From Pirellulales bacterium (GTDB lineage Bacteria; Planctomycetota; Planctomycetia; Pirellulales; JADZDJ01), in NCBI GenBank assembly GCA_963773925.1, contig CAVZDC010000001.1, positions 248,167 to 312,166 on the forward strand: 64,000 bases of DNA, written 5' to 3'. Positions 62,813 through 64,000 of the stretch are shown piece by piece (positions within the stretch are counted from its first letter, which is position 1; each line of letters begins with the position of its first letter). The translations under genes and the position numbers were made by a program. Under the pieces are notes generated by a model. The model was given only the letters and a program-made list of their open reading frames with translations. It ran no database searches and had not been told where the DNA came from.

Positions 62813-63814
62813 CTACTCCCCCTTTTCCGGCAGCGTTTGCAAAATTTCCAGCAGCACCCGATCGATATCGATCGACTCCGATTCCGCTTCGAAATTCATG
62901 ATCACCCGGTGCCGTAGTGCGGGCAGATACACTCGCCGCACATCCTCGAAGCTGACGTTGTAGCGACCGTCCAACAGTGCCCGCACTTTGGCCGCCAGCG
63001 CCACGGTTTGTGCCGCCCGCGGACTGGCGCCCCAGCGGAGATACTTGTTGGTGATCGGCAGGGCAAAGGGGCCATCGGGGTGCGTGGCCAGCGTGAGCCG
63101 AATAATGTAATCCTGCACGTGCTTGGCCAGAATTACTTCCCGCACCAGTTGCTGCCAACGCAGGATTTCGGGCCCATCCATCACCTTTTCCGGCTCGTCG
63201 GATTCGCTCTGCGTGGTGCGCTCGATAATCGTGGCCAACTCTTCCCGCGACGAATAACCCACCACCAGTTTGAAGAAAAACCGATCCAGTTGTGCCTCGG
63301 GCAGCGGATAGGTGCCTTCCTGCTCGATCGGGTTCTGCGTTGCCAGCACGAAAAATGGCTGGTGCAATTGATGCACGTGGCCGGCAATGGTGACCGAGCC
63401 CTCCTGCATGGTTTCCAACATGGCCGACTGCGTTTTCGGCGTGGCACGATTGATTTCGTCGGCCAGGCAGATTTGTGTGAAGATTGGCCCGCGCTGAAAC
63501 TCGAAGAACCGCCGACCGTCGGGCGTTTCCATCACCATGTTGGTGCCCAAGATATCGGCGGGCATCAAATCGGGCGTGAACTGGATGCGCGAGAAGTGCA
63601 GATCGAGCACCTTGGCCAGCGTGCGCACCAGCAGCGTTTTGCCCAATCCCGGCACGCCTTCCAGCAGACAATGCCCGCCGACGAACAGGCACGTGAGTAC
63701 CCCGTGCACCACTTCGTCGTGTCCCACGATCACGCGGCCAATCTGCTCGCGCACGGATTGATAGCGTGAGCGAAACTCCGCGGCGCGTTTTTGGATGGGT
63801 TCAGCAACGATCAT
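62813..63814 (-). CDS. MoxR-family AAA+ ATPase
   Basis: MIVAEPIQKRAAEFRSRYQ...GHCLLEGVPGLGKTLLV...LADEINRATPKTQSAMLE.... ATG 63814 preferred over the ORF-track start 63931. Confidence 0.9.
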   Translation of the reverse strand: MIVAEPIQKRAAEFRSRYQSVREQIGRVIVGHDEVVHGVLTCLFVGGHCLLEGVPGLGKTLLVRTLAKVLDLHFSRIQFTPDLMPADILGTNMVMETPDGRRFFEFQRGPIFTQICLADEINRATPKTQSAMLETMQEGSVTIAGHVHQLHQPFFVLATQNPIEQEGTYPLPEAQLDRFFFKLVVGYSSREELATIIERTTQSESDEPEKVMDGPEILRWQQLVREVILAKHVQDYIIRLTLATHPDGPFALPITNKYLRWGASPRAAQTVALAAKVRALLDGRYNVSFEDVRRVYLPALRHRVIMNFEAESESIDIDRVLLEILQTLPEKGE

Positions 63815-64000
63815 GAAATGGGAACCTATCGGCGGCGAACAGTGTCGTGTAATTCTGGCGTGATCTGGTCTGCTAAGCAACCGACGGCGGAAGCGGTTCT
63901 CGGCATTGGCAAACTTTGCGGGCCGTGTCAAACTGGCGCATCTTGGTCAACGCCCGCACTTTTATTTTACCTTCACCCGTGAATATCCTCCGCGAAATTC

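Overview
GC-rich 64-kb chromosomal segment with Planctomycetota (Pirellulales-like) hallmarks: a DUF1559 pilin-like protein, the N-terminal 'FEALESRRLL' secreted-protein motif, a Pmp-like Gly-rich beta-helix protein, and several LRR/TPR/FHA/Ser-Thr-kinase proteins. I call about 50 protein genes, nearly all core or housekeeping: aldehyde dehydrogenase, an ABC exporter operon, folC, ctp, rplM-rpsI, pntAA-pntAB-pntB, plsC-cdsA, mutT-like, fabI, a sigma54 activator, HIT, dprA, a FixJ/PAS-kinase pair, aroB, parA, family-4 UDG, bioF, gap, tig-clpP2-clpP1, amtB, M28 peptidase, a GT9 heptosyltransferase cluster, sppA and moxR. There is one tRNA-Gly(GCC). I see no rRNA, CRISPR array, transposase, integrase, phage gene or recognisable defence/toxin gene, and I did not find a convincing novel multi-gene system. 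The unexplained structure is at nucleotide level. (1) At least 7 loci at gene 3' ends carry long imperfect hairpins whose arms are tandem 7-8 nt (once 13 nt) units, with a different unit at each locus. (2) The pnt operon is bracketed, immediately outside its start and stop codons, by an inverted repeat of the same type. (3) Four small REP-like palindromic families occur 2-3 times each, and two copies sit in frame inside the UDG gene. About 23 genes, many of them essential, are broken by roughly 40 single-base frame changes (counted by eye). These are unevenly distributed and most likely reflect indel errors in the assembly rather than biology. All coordinates of disrupted genes are my manual reconstructions across ORF-track fragments.
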